The notes under the pieces are model-generated. The model saw only the letters and a list, made by a program, of their open reading frames with translations. It had not been told where the DNA came from and made no database searches. 32,875 bases of DNA from Solirubrobacteraceae bacterium (GTDB lineage: Bacteria > Actinomycetota > Thermoleophilia > Solirubrobacterales > Solirubrobacteraceae): the NCBI GenBank assembly GCA_036782855.1, contig DAIPYF010000004.1, positions 1-32,875 on the forward strand, given 5' to 3'. The position numbers were made by a program, and so were the translations under genes. Shown in pieces: positions 8,379 to 17,139 of this stretch (positions are counted from its first letter, which is position 1; the number at the start of each line of letters is the position of its first letter).

Positions 8379-9037
8379 AGGCCCAGGCGCGCCCAGAGCG
8401 CCGGGTCCTCGAGCGACCCGAACTGCGCGTCCACGAGGCCGTCGAGCGACACTCCCGGCACGGACGGGACGCCGAGCACCGCCATCCCCGCGGCGCGGGC
8501 GCTGGCGGCACCCGTGGGCGAGTCCTCGAGTACGACGCACGCGCCGGCCTCCACGCCGAGCGCCGCGGCCGCGGCGAGGTAGGGGTCCGGAGCGGGCTTG
8601 CCGTTGGGCACCTCGTCCCCGGCGACGGTCGCGGCGAACGCGTCAGTGAGCCCCGAGCCGGCGAGCGCGGCGTCGACGATCCGCCGCGGCGAGTTGGAAC
8701 AGAGGGCGAACGGGATCAGCGCCGCGCCGAGCGCCGCGAGCAGCGCGCGGGCGCCGGGCATCGGCTCGCAGCCGGCGGCCAGCTCCTCGACGACGAGGTC
8801 GCCGAGCTCGTGGAGGACCGCCGGTCCCGTCCCGGGCTCCAGGTCCAGCATGCCCTCGAGCTTCGCGGCGGCGATCGGCCCGGCCGAGCCGACGAGCTCG
8901 AGCTTGTGGGCGTGGGTGAACGTGCGCCCGTGGCGCTCGAACAGGGTCACCTCCGCGCGCGTCCAGACGGTCTCGCTGTCGAGCGTCAGGCCGTCGTTGT
9001 CGAGGATCACCGCAACGGGACGGTGCACGACGCTCAT
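8369..9037 (-). CDS. HAD-superfamily hydrolase (beta-phosphoglucomutase/phosphatase-like)
   Basis: 222 aa. Motif I is VAVILDNDGLTLDSE (DxDG). Also present are CSNSPRR (motif II Ser/Thr), GKPAPDPY (motif III Lys) and VLEDSPTG (motif IV). Its ATG (9037) overlaps the antiporter stop in an ATGA. Confidence 0.85.
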   Translation of the reverse strand: MSVVHRPVAVILDNDGLTLDSETVWTRAEVTLFERHGRTFTHAHKLELVGSAGPIAAAKLEGMLDLEPGTGPAVLHELGDLVVEELAAGCEPMPGARALLAALGAALIPFALCSNSPRRIVDAALAGSGLTDAFAATVAGDEVPNGKPAPDPYLAAAAALGVEAGACVVLEDSPTGAASARAAGMAVLGVPSVPGVSLDGLVDAQFGSLEDPALWARLGLQP

Positions 9038-10257
9038 CCCGGCCCGCCCTCCGGGACCAGGCCGTCCATGTCGTCGCGGCGGGCGAGCATGACCCGCAGG
9101 GCCGGCGGCACGATCAGCGTCGTGACGATCGCCATGCCGACGATGACCGCGAACAGCCGGTCGTTGATGACGCCTTCGGCGGCGCCGATGCTCGCCACGA
9201 TGATGCCCACCTCGCCGCGCGGAATCATGCCCACGCCGACGACGAGCGCGTCGCGGGCACCCAGCCCGCGCGCTCCGAGCCAGCCGCCCGCGAGCTTCGT
9301 GACCACGGCGAGCGTCGTGACGCCGGCCAGCAGCAGGAGCGTCGCGCCGTCGGCGAGCGCCCCGAGGTCGAGCTGGATGCCGATCGCCGCGAAGAAGAAC
9401 GGCGGGAAGAACGCGTAGAGCGGACCGACCTCGTTCTCGACCGCGTCCCGGTCGGGCGACTCGGAGATGACCATGCCGGCGAGGAACGCGCCGATGATGC
9501 CCGCGAGGCCGACCTCGCCCGCGACGACCGCCAGGCCGAGGCAGAGCAGCACCGCCGGCAGCAGCGGGGAGTCAGCGAACCGCGGCACGGTGAGCAGGCC
9601 GGGGCGGCCGCGCAGGAGCGACCCGCCGCCGAGCGCGACGAAGGCGACGAACGCGAACGACAGCCCGGCCGTCAGGGCGATGCCGGCTGCGTCCACCGAG
9701 CCGTCCGCCGCGATGCCCACGGCGACCGACAGCACGAGGATCGCCAGGATGTCGTCGACGACGGCGGCGGCCAGGATCGTCCGGCCGGGCCGGGTGCGGA
9801 CCGCGCCGAGCTCGGCGAGGACCGCGGAGGTGATGCCGACGCTCGTGGCGACGAGCGCGGCCGCGAAGAACGCCGAGGTCGCCGTGTCCTCCCCGCGCAG
9901 CTCACCGAGCGCGAACCCGGCGATGCCCGGGAACACGACGCCGAGCACGGCGACGAGCAGCGCCGTGCGCCCGACCGACCGCAGGTCCGAGAGGCGCGTC
10001 TCCAGCCCGACCCAGAACAGCAGGAAGATGACGCCGAGCTCGGAGAAGACCCCGAGCACCTCGCCGAGGTCCACCAGGCCGAGCACCGACGGGCCGATGA
10101 CGACGCCGGCGAGGATCTCGCCGACGACGGTGGGCTGATGGATGCGCTTGAACAGCTCGTCGCCGAGCTTCGCGGCGAGCAGGACGACGAACAGATCGGT
10201 GAGCGCGCCGACGGCGTCGGTGGATGCGGCGAGGGGGAACAGGAGGTCGGGCGTCAC
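9034..10257 (-). CDS. Cation:proton antiporter (CPA2 / Na+/H+ exchanger family)
   Basis: Track ORF 9034..11580 trimmed to GTG at 10257 (VTPDLLFPLAAS...), 11 nt after the methyltransferase stop. 407 aa with about 11-12 TM helices. Typical N-terminal block is RIHQPTVVGEILAGVVIGPSVLG. The upstream part of the track ORF is out of frame with the methyltransferase gene. Confidence 0.85.
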   Translation of the reverse strand: MTPDLLFPLAASTDAVGALTDLFVVLLAAKLGDELFKRIHQPTVVGEILAGVVIGPSVLGLVDLGEVLGVFSELGVIFLLFWVGLETRLSDLRSVGRTALLVAVLGVVFPGIAGFALGELRGEDTATSAFFAAALVATSVGITSAVLAELGAVRTRPGRTILAAAVVDDILAILVLSVAVGIAADGSVDAAGIALTAGLSFAFVAFVALGGGSLLRGRPGLLTVPRFADSPLLPAVLLCLGLAVVAGEVGLAGIIGAFLAGMVISESPDRDAVENEVGPLYAFFPPFFFAAIGIQLDLGALADGATLLLLAGVTTLAVVTKLAGGWLGARGLGARDALVVGVGMIPRGEVGIIVASIGAAEGVINDRLFAVIVGMAIVTTLIVPPALRVMLARRDDMDGLVPEGGPG

Positions 10258-10268
10258 CGATGTGGAGC

Positions 10269-11444
10269 CTATGCGGCGCGGGCGGCCGGCCCGGCCGCAT
10301 CGTCCCCGGGCAGGCCGGCGGTGACGGCGGCCACCGCGGCCGCGCTCGGGCCGACGACCCACAGCGTCTCGTGGTTGCGCACGTGTGAGACGGTGCCGAC
10401 GCGGTTGCCCGCGGGGTCGTGGATCCCGATGCGCGCGCCGACATAGCGGGGGCGCTCGACGGTCACCGCGCGGACGTGCCCGCGGTCGGCGAGCAGGCCG
10501 GCGAGGTCGCGCGCGTCGTGGAAGCCCTCGTCGCTGAACGACAGGACGATCCAGGGCGCGTCGAGCGACGTGATGAGCCGCTCGAGCGCGCCCCACGCCT
10601 CGCGGGTGCGGTTGAACGGGCTCTTCGTCGTCCGGCAGTCCACGCGCTTGCGGGCGACGCCATAGGCCTCCGGCGCATCCCACCGCATCAGGGTCTCCCA
10701 CACGTGGTAGTTCGAGTAGTAGGAGTGCTGGTTGTACGGCGGGTCGAGGTAGACGAGGTCGGTGCCGGTGAGCGCCGGCGCCAGGTCGAGCGCGTCGAGC
10801 CGGGTGACGGTCCCCGGCGGGCCGTCCACCGCGGCGGGCTCGCGCAGTTCGAGGTCGCGACGCGAGCGCGGCGCCCACTGCTTGACGTAGGCCATCTGCA
10901 GGCCGCAGGTGGAGTCCACGCGGTCGGCGGCCTCGAGCAGGCTCGTCAGCAGCGCGCCGCGCTCGATCGGCGTGACGTCGAGCTCGTCGATCGCGTCGCG
11001 GATCGCGTCGATCCGCCGGCCGTTGCGGGGCTGGAAGAAGCGCGCCTCCTCGCAGAAGGTCCGGGTGACATAGCCGTCGCGCCCCGGCAGCGCGCCGAGC
11101 TCGGCGAGCAGGCCGCGCAGCCGCGTGCGGTCGAGCGTCACGTCGTCGGCGGCGATGTAGGCCTGGCCGAGGGCCTCGCTGTAGGTGGCGAGGTCGTTGC
11201 TGTGGACGACGAGCCCTGACCGGCGCAGCTCCTGGCCCACGCGCGTCGTGCCCGCGAACAGGTCGCACGCCGTGCGCGCGGGGATGCGGCGCGCGAGCTC
11301 GCCGATCAGCGGGACGAGCTGCCGCTTGGAGCCCAGGTACTTGACCACCGGTGGGAGCGTACGGGCGGTGCGGGACGTGCGGCGCCCGGGGGCGCGTGCG
11401 GTAGGTTCGATCGCGGTGTGCCGGGAAGACTGGTCGGCGATCAC
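10269..11444 (-). CDS. DNA N6-adenine methyltransferase, D12 (Dam) class, no adjacent restriction gene
   Basis: KYLGSKRQLVPLI (Dam-family N-terminal box), DLFAGTTRVG (SAM motif I) and DLVYLDPPYNQHSYYSNYH (catalytic DPPY). The start is ambiguous. The longest ORF begins at GTG 11507. I prefer GTG 11444, which is preceded by AAAGGGG and leaves a 68-bp divergent intergenic region. GTG 11348 is also possible. Confidence 0.85.
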   Translation of the reverse strand: MIADQSSRHTAIEPTARAPGRRTSRTARTLPPVVKYLGSKRQLVPLIGELARRIPARTACDLFAGTTRVGQELRRSGLVVHSNDLATYSEALGQAYIAADDVTLDRTRLRGLLAELGALPGRDGYVTRTFCEEARFFQPRNGRRIDAIRDAIDELDVTPIERGALLTSLLEAADRVDSTCGLQMAYVKQWAPRSRRDLELREPAAVDGPPGTVTRLDALDLAPALTGTDLVYLDPPYNQHSYYSNYHVWETLMRWDAPEAYGVARKRVDCRTTKSPFNRTREAWGALERLITSLDAPWIVLSFSDEGFHDARDLAGLLADRGHVRAVTVERPRYVGARIGIHDPAGNRVGTVSHVRNHETLWVVGPSAAAVAAVTAGLPGDDAAGPAARAA

Positions 11445-11512
11445 GTTGTCGACCCCTTTGGGAGTTCCGTGCCCGATCTGACGCCGCACCCGACACCCGC
11501 CGGACACGGCTG

Positions 11513-12763
11513 ATGTTCTTCGCCGTCGCCCTGTTCCTCCTCGTCCTCGCCGTCATCGCGTCGGAGCGGGTGGATCGCACGAAGGTCGCGCTGATCGGGG
11601 CGACGCTCGTCGTGTTGACGCAGACGCTCGATCAGGAGGGGGCGATCGAGGCGATCGACTGGAACACCATCGGCCTGCTGACGGGCATGATGGTGATGGT
11701 CCGCCTGACGGAGGCGACCGGGGTGTTCACCTGGCTGGCGATCCGCTCGGGCCAGTGGTCGGGCGGCCGGCCGCTCGCGGTGGTGCTCGCGTTCAGCGTC
11801 ACCACGGCGGTCCTGTCGGCGTTCCTCGACAACGTCACGACCGTCCTGCTGGTGGTCCCGGTCACGTTCCTGCTCGCGGACGCGCTCGACATCGATCCGA
11901 TACCGCTGATCATCGTCGAGATCATGGCGTCGAACGTCGGGGGCACCGCGACGCTGATCGGTGATCCGCCGAACATCCTCATCGCAGGCCACACGGGCCT
12001 GTCCTTCGGCGCGTTCATCGCGAACCTCGCCCCGATCGTGGTCGTGACGATGGTCGTGATCGTCCCCGGCCTCTACCTCGCGTTCCGCAGCCGTCTGCAG
12101 GTGACGCCGAAGGCCCGGGAGCGCCTGCTCGCGCTGGACGCGCGCGGCTCGATCGACGATCCGCAGGAGGCGCGGCGGACCGTTCCGATCCTGGTGCTGA
12201 CGATCCTCGCGTTCTTCCTGCACAAGGCCCTGCACCTGGAGCCCGCGACCGTCGCGCTGGCCGGCGCGAGCATCATGCTGCTCGTGTCGCGGCAGCCGAT
12301 GCAGGAGACGATCGGCGGGATCGAGTGGCCGACGCTGTTCTTCCTGATCGGCCTGTTCGTCCTGGTGGGGTCCCTCGAGGAGACCGGGGCGCTCGGCGAG
12401 GTCGCAGACGGGATCGCCTCCGTGACGGGAGGCGACCGCGTGGCGGAGCTGCTCGGTGTGCTGTGGGCGGCGGCCGCCGGATCGGCGGTCGTCGACAACA
12501 TCCCGTTCACCGCGGCGATGATCCCCGTCGTCGACGAGCTCGGCGGGGCTGAGGACGACGCCTACTGGTGGGCCCTCGCGCTCGGCGCATGCTTCGGCGG
12601 CAACGCGACGATCATCGCGGCCGCCGCGAACGTCACCGCCTCCGGGATGGCCGCGCGCGCCGGGTCGCCGATCACGTTCATGACGTTCCTGCGCTACGGG
12701 CTGCCGGTGACGGCCGTCTCGCTGGTGCTCGCCACCGCGTACGTCATGCTGCGGTACGTATGA
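11513..12763 (+). CDS. ArsB/NhaD-superfamily anion permease (SLC13/YbiR-like)
   Basis: 416 aa polytopic membrane protein. Its N-terminus is ...ASERVDRTKVALIGATLVVLTQTLDQEGAIEAIDWNTIGLLTGMMVMV. It also has GGTATLIGDPPNILIA and, in the second half, FGGNATIIAAAANV, which suggests an internal repeat. Confidence 0.85.
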   Translation: MFFAVALFLLVLAVIASERVDRTKVALIGATLVVLTQTLDQEGAIEAIDWNTIGLLTGMMVMVRLTEATGVFTWLAIRSGQWSGGRPLAVVLAFSVTTAVLSAFLDNVTTVLLVVPVTFLLADALDIDPIPLIIVEIMASNVGGTATLIGDPPNILIAGHTGLSFGAFIANLAPIVVVTMVVIVPGLYLAFRSRLQVTPKARERLLALDARGSIDDPQEARRTVPILVLTILAFFLHKALHLEPATVALAGASIMLLVSRQPMQETIGGIEWPTLFFLIGLFVLVGSLEETGALGEVADGIASVTGGDRVAELLGVLWAAAAGSAVVDNIPFTAAMIPVVDELGGAEDDAYWWALALGACFGGNATIIAAAANVTASGMAARAGSPITFMTFLRYGLPVTAVSLVLATAYVMLRYV

Positions 12764-13224
12764 GCGGCACGGACATCGACCACCTGATCCGGCGTGATGC
12801 GCCGGTCCTGCGCGTCACCGATCCGATCGCATCGGGTGTGCAGGCGCTGCTCGATGCGGGACTCCCCGCGCTTCCCGTCGCCGACGAGAGCGGACATCTC
12901 GCCGGGATCTTCGGTGAGCGCGAGTTCATCGAGGCGCTGTTCCCGGGCTACCTCGGGCAGCTGCGGCACACCGCCTTCGTCCCGCGGTCGCTCGACGACA
13001 TGCTCGAGCGCCGGCAGACGTGTCGCGAGGAGCCCGTCGGCAAGCACATGAACCGCGAGCGGATCCACGTCAGCGCCGCAGGCTCGGAGATCCAGATCGC
13101 CGAGCTCTTCCTCCACCATCGCGTGCTGATCATCCCCGTCGTCGCAGGCCGGCACGTGGAGGGACTCATCACCCGCCGTGACTTCTTCGCGGAGGCGGCC
13201 GGGCGGCTGCTCGCGAGCACCTGA
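12760..13224 (+). CDS. CBS-domain pair protein, translationally coupled to the permease
   Basis: Track ORF 12568..13224 trimmed to ATG 12760, which overlaps the permease TGA (ATGA). 154 aa with two CBS-like units (LRVTDPIASGVQALLDAGLPALPVADESGHLAGIFGEREF and ...IAELFLHHRVLIIPVVAGRHVEGLITRRDF). Confidence 0.8.
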   Translation: MSGTDIDHLIRRDAPVLRVTDPIASGVQALLDAGLPALPVADESGHLAGIFGEREFIEALFPGYLGQLRHTAFVPRSLDDMLERRQTCREEPVGKHMNRERIHVSAAGSEIQIAELFLHHRVLIIPVVAGRHVEGLITRRDFFAEAAGRLLAST

Positions 13225-13259
13225 CGGCGCGCGTCGTCCCGCCGGTCCTGCGCTCGGTC

Positions 13260-15230
13260 TCAGCGCCGGGGCTTCGCCTTCTTCGCGGTGCAGGTGCGGT
13301 AGGTGCGTGTGCCGGTGATGGTGCGTCCGTCGGCGAGTCTGACGCGGATGTTCACCTTGACTGGGCCCTTGGGGAGGTTGCGCAGGTCGACGGGCGCGGT
13401 GAAGCGGGCGCGCTTGACGGTCTTGACGCGCTTGCCGTTGACGCGGACCTCGGCGGAGGTCACGCCCACGCCCTTGGGGACGCGCAGGCGGATGCGGAAC
13501 TGGCGGCGGCTGACGCACCTCTTCGTCGAGGGGAGCGTCGCGAGGGATGTGAACCGGACGGCCGCGGGCTTGGCCGCGGGCGTGGCGGGCGCGGGCGCGG
13601 GCGGTGGCGGTGGCGGTGGGCCGCCGGCGGGGGCGGGTGGCTGGGGTGTGATCGTCAGGTTGACGGTGGCGGGGGGTGAGGTGCCCGCGGCGTTGGTCCC
13701 GGTGAAGGTGAACGCGTCGGTGCCGCCCGGCCCGGGGTTTGCGGCGAACGTGACGCGTCCCAGTGCCTGGTCGATCGGGCCGAGCGCTCCCAGTGCGGGG
13801 GCGGCTGCGATCGCGCGCGTGTCGACGGTCCCGGCGCACGGGAGGTCGACCGTGACCGTCGCGGCGGCCTGCGCGGCGGCGGTGGTGGACGTGCAGGTGG
13901 GGGGTACGACGCCGACCGCGGCGGCGAGGCCGCTGTCCCGCCACCACGACAGCGCGAGGTCCCCGTTCGGGTTGGCGCTGAGCCACGTCCCGTAGACGTC
14001 GGTCCCGCCCGCTGCGACGTCGACCGGCGTCGTCCAGGCGCCAGACGGCGAGGCGTGCGCCGCCTGGACGACCGGCTCGGTGCCGTTCGAGCGATTCCAG
14101 GCGACCGTCGCGTTCCCCGCGCGGTCGAGGATGGCCGCGGGATAGAGAGCGTTCTGGCCTGTGGCGGACAGGTCGTCGGCGGTCACCTGCCACGCGCCGC
14201 CGGCCGGCCGGCGCTTGGCGCGGATCAGCACGTTGACCCCGTTCGTCTGCTGCCATGCCGCCAGTGCCTGCCCGTCGGGGTCGACGGCGATCTGCGGCTC
14301 ATTGGTCGTCGTCGCGGCGCTCGACAGGAAGTCCGGCAAGCTCCACGACCCGCCCGCGGGACGCGAGGCGGTCTCGACCCGGAAGACGCCGGAGAAGCGG
14401 CGCCAGACGGCGGTCGCGGTCCCGCTCGCGTCCATCGCCACGCTCGCGTCGCCCACGTTGCCCGGCGCTCCGCTGACCGTCACCGGGGCGTCCCACGCGC
14501 CGCCGGCATCCCGGCTCGCCGTCAGGACCACCGTCGGGGACTGGGTCCAGACGGCCGTCGCGCGGCCGCTGTCGTCGACGGCGATGCGCGGCAGCGCCTC
14601 ACCGCTGGTCACGGGAGCCGTCGTCAGTTCCGTCGGGGCCTCCCACGCGCCCTGCGCGGAGCGCCGTGCGCTCACGACGCGGTAGCCGGCGCCATAGTCG
14701 GTGAACTGCCAGACGGCCGTCACGGCGCCGCCCGGCGCGACCGCCAGATCCTTCCGGTCAACGGCGTCGGGGCTGACTGCGGGCGCGGACACCGCCTCGA
14801 TGGCCCCCCACGGCCCACCGCGCGGCCGTCGTACCGACTGGAAGACCGTGGTGTTGTCCCCGATCCCGTCCTGGTCGTAGTACTCCCACACCGCGGTCGC
14901 CGTTCCCGCGTCGTCGATCCTGATGATCGGCTCGCCCACGTAGTGGTCGGTGATCGCGGGCGTCAGGTCGACCGGGGCGGTCCACGCGCCGCCCGGCGGG
15001 CGCTGCGCGAACCGCAGCACGCTTCCCGATGGGACGTTCGCGTTCCAGACGGCGAGCACCGTCCCGTCCGCGTCGGTCGCCGTGGTCGCGCGCCCGATGC
15101 TCGGCGGGGCCACGTCGGCCGGTGCGAGCCACACCGGCGCGGCGGCGGCCGGCGCCGACAGCGCCAGCGTCAGTATCAGCACTGTCAGCGACAGGCGGGC
15201 CGGCCGACCCGCGCGAACGTCCGTGGTCAC
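13260..15230 (-). CDS. Secreted repeat protein: ~8 propeller-like repeats, Ig-like segment, poly-Pro linker, Cys-bracketed C-terminal beta domain
   Basis: 656 aa. Signal peptide ARLSLTVLILTLALSAPAAAAP. The recurring ~45-aa unit is ...GGAW..P..L...P.IAVD..G.ATAVW (DDAGTATAVW, DDSGRATAVW, DASGTATAVW, DPDGQALAAW, DRAGNATVAW, and others). The linker is PQPPAPAGGPPPPPPPAPAPATP. The C-terminal domain is KRCVSRRQFRIRLRVP...TRTYRTC. No family name recognised. Confidence 0.8.
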   Translation of the reverse strand: MTTDVRAGRPARLSLTVLILTLALSAPAAAAPVWLAPADVAPPSIGRATTATDADGTVLAVWNANVPSGSVLRFAQRPPGGAWTAPVDLTPAITDHYVGEPIIRIDDAGTATAVWEYYDQDGIGDNTTVFQSVRRPRGGPWGAIEAVSAPAVSPDAVDRKDLAVAPGGAVTAVWQFTDYGAGYRVVSARRSAQGAWEAPTELTTAPVTSGEALPRIAVDDSGRATAVWTQSPTVVLTASRDAGGAWDAPVTVSGAPGNVGDASVAMDASGTATAVWRRFSGVFRVETASRPAGGSWSLPDFLSSAATTTNEPQIAVDPDGQALAAWQQTNGVNVLIRAKRRPAGGAWQVTADDLSATGQNALYPAAILDRAGNATVAWNRSNGTEPVVQAAHASPSGAWTTPVDVAAGGTDVYGTWLSANPNGDLALSWWRDSGLAAAVGVVPPTCTSTTAAAQAAATVTVDLPCAGTVDTRAIAAAPALGALGPIDQALGRVTFAANPGPGGTDAFTFTGTNAAGTSPPATVNLTITPQPPAPAGGPPPPPPPAPAPATPAAKPAAVRFTSLATLPSTKRCVSRRQFRIRLRVPKGVGVTSAEVRVNGKRVKTVKRARFTAPVDLRNLPKGPVKVNIRVRLADGRTITGTRTYRTCTAKKAKPRR

Positions 15231-15273
15231 GATCCACTCCCCCTGGGATGCCAGACACCGTGACCGTACACCA

Positions 15274-15290
15274 CGCCCGACCGTCGGGCG
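15274..15290 (-). terminator. Hairpin downstream of rnj (candidate intrinsic terminator, no clear U-tract)
   Basis: CGCCCGA-ccg-TCGGGCG, a 7-bp GC-rich stem lying 7 nt after the rnj stop. On the minus-strand RNA it is followed by UGGUGUACGG. Confidence 0.4.
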
Positions 15291-15296
15291 GGGGCT

Positions 15297-16994
15297 TCAG
15301 ACCTCGATGACGATCGGGAGGATCATGGGGCGGCGGCGCAGGCGTTTGTAGACGAACTCGGCGAGGTCGTCGTGCAACACCTGCTGGACGAGCTCGACCT
15401 CGTGGATGTCGTTGTCCGAAGCGCGGTCGAGGGCCGCTTCGATGGTCTTGCGGGTCGCCTTGATGAAGGCCTTCTCGTCCTCGGTGAGCGGGATGCCGCG
15501 CAGGACGATCTCGTGGTCGGCGAGCGTGTCGCCGGTGTCTGCGGAGACGGTGGCGACGACGAAGAGGATCCCGTCGGCGGAGAGTTCGCGGCGGTCGCGC
15601 AGCGCGGCCTCGGCCGGGTCGCCGAGCTCGATCCCGTCGACGAACGTCATGCCGGACTGCACGCGCTCTGCGAAACGCGCCCCCTTGGCGGTGATCTCCA
15701 GCGGCAGGCCGTTGTCGCCGCGGAAGATGTTGTCGCTCGGGATGCCGACGGCTTCCCCGAGCTGGGCGTGCAGGCGGATGCGCATGTGGTCGCCGTGGAC
15801 CGGCATCAGGTACTTGGGCCGGGTCATGTTGAGCATCAGCTTCAGCTCTTCGCGGTGGCCGTGACCGGAGGTGTGGATCGGCGCGTCCTTGTTGGTGACC
15901 ACGTCGCAGCCGATGTGGAAGAGCCGGTCGATCGTGTCGTTGACGGCGCGCTCGTTGCCCGGGATCGAGTTGGCCGAGAAGACGACGGTGTCACCGGCGT
16001 GCAGCTTGACCTGGCGGTGCTCCTCGTAGGCCATGCGGCGCAGCGCCGCGAGCGGCTCGCCCTGCGAGCCGGTCGTGATGATCACCAGCTCCTCGTCGGG
16101 CACGCCGCCGAGGCTGCGCGGCTCGACGAGCATCCCGCTGGGGATTTTCACGTGGCCGAGGTCGCGGCCGATGTTCACGTTCTTGACCATCGAGCGGCCG
16201 AGGAGCGCGACGCGACGCCCGAGCGCGTCCGCGGCGTCGATGACCTGCTGGACGCGATGGATGTTCGAGGCGAAGCAGGTCACGATGATCCGCCCCGAGC
16301 ACTTCGAGAAGACCGTCTCCAGCTGGGGGCCGACCTCGGACTCCGACAGCGCGAACCCTGCGCGGTCGGCGTTGGTGGAGTCCCCGCACAACAGCAGCAG
16401 CCCTTCATCGCCGAGGCGCGAGAGACGGCTGATGTCGGCGGGCCTGCCGTCGACCGGGGTCTGGTCGAAGCGATAGTCGCCGGTGAAGAACACCTTGCCC
16501 AGCGGCGTGCTCAGGATCACGCCGGCCATGTCCGGGATCGAGTGGGTGAGGTGGACGAGCTCGATCTCGAACGGCCCGGCCTTCACGACCTTCCCAGGGT
16601 CGAGCTGGCTGGCCTTGGTGTGCAGCTTGTGCTCCTCGAGCTTGGAGTTGGCCATCGCCACCGTCAGGTGGCGCCCGTAGACGACCGGCACCGCGTCGCC
16701 CAGCTCCCGCAGCACCCACGGCAGTGCGCCGAGATGGTCCTCGTGCCCGTGCGTGATCACGATCGCCTCGACCTTGTCGCGGCGGTCCTTGAGGTAGGTG
16801 AAGTCCGGCAGCACCAGGTCGATGCCGTGCATCTCCGCGGTCGGGAACCGGACTCCGCAGTCGATCACGACGATCCGCCCGTCGTACTCGACGATCGACA
16901 TGTTCTTGCCGATCTCCCCGAGCCCGCCGAGCGGCAGCACCCGCAACGTTCCGCCCTTCCCGGGCGGCTTCCTCGATCGTCTGCGGTCTGTCAT
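15297..16994 (-). CDS. rnj: Ribonuclease J (metallo-beta-lactamase / beta-CASP)
   Basis: Trimmed from the TTG at 17036 to the ATG at 16994, which is preceded by GGAAGGA. The N-terminus is LRVLPLGGLGEIGKNMSIVEYDGRIVVIDCG. Also present are the HxHxDH motif ITHGHEDHLGALP, beta-CASP region motifs (FTGDYRFD, TSGHGHREEL) and the C-terminal domain. Confidence 0.92.
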   Translation of the reverse strand: MTDRRRSRKPPGKGGTLRVLPLGGLGEIGKNMSIVEYDGRIVVIDCGVRFPTAEMHGIDLVLPDFTYLKDRRDKVEAIVITHGHEDHLGALPWVLRELGDAVPVVYGRHLTVAMANSKLEEHKLHTKASQLDPGKVVKAGPFEIELVHLTHSIPDMAGVILSTPLGKVFFTGDYRFDQTPVDGRPADISRLSRLGDEGLLLLCGDSTNADRAGFALSESEVGPQLETVFSKCSGRIIVTCFASNIHRVQQVIDAADALGRRVALLGRSMVKNVNIGRDLGHVKIPSGMLVEPRSLGGVPDEELVIITTGSQGEPLAALRRMAYEEHRQVKLHAGDTVVFSANSIPGNERAVNDTIDRLFHIGCDVVTNKDAPIHTSGHGHREELKLMLNMTRPKYLMPVHGDHMRIRLHAQLGEAVGIPSDNIFRGDNGLPLEITAKGARFAERVQSGMTFVDGIELGDPAEAALRDRRELSADGILFVVATVSADTGDTLADHEIVLRGIPLTEDEKAFIKATRKTIEAALDRASDNDIHEVELVQQVLHDDLAEFVYKRLRRRPMILPIVIEV

Positions 16995-17139
16995 GTCCGT
17001 CCTTCCAGCCGGCCGCGTCTCGGCCGGGAGTCTCAAGATCTCTGCGTGGCGTGAGAGTAGGGCACCGTGCAGCGTTCGCGGACGCGGCGTCCACGCGCGT
17101 CGGCGAGCTCCGGGAGACCCTCGCCACGGCCGGTCGGGA

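Noticed and set aside
10269-11507. The adenine methyltransferase as part of a restriction-modification or other defence system
   Set aside because: No endonuclease-like, specificity, helicase or ATPase gene is adjacent. The neighbours are transporters and a HAD hydrolase. It is reported instead as an orphan methyltransferase.
16995-17036. N-terminal extension of RNase J from the TTG at 17036 (MRLPAETRPAGRTD...)
   Set aside because: The ATG at 16994 has a GGAAGGA RBS. The extension would translate through the leader hairpin, and RNase J homologues start close to the LRVLPLGGLGEIG block.
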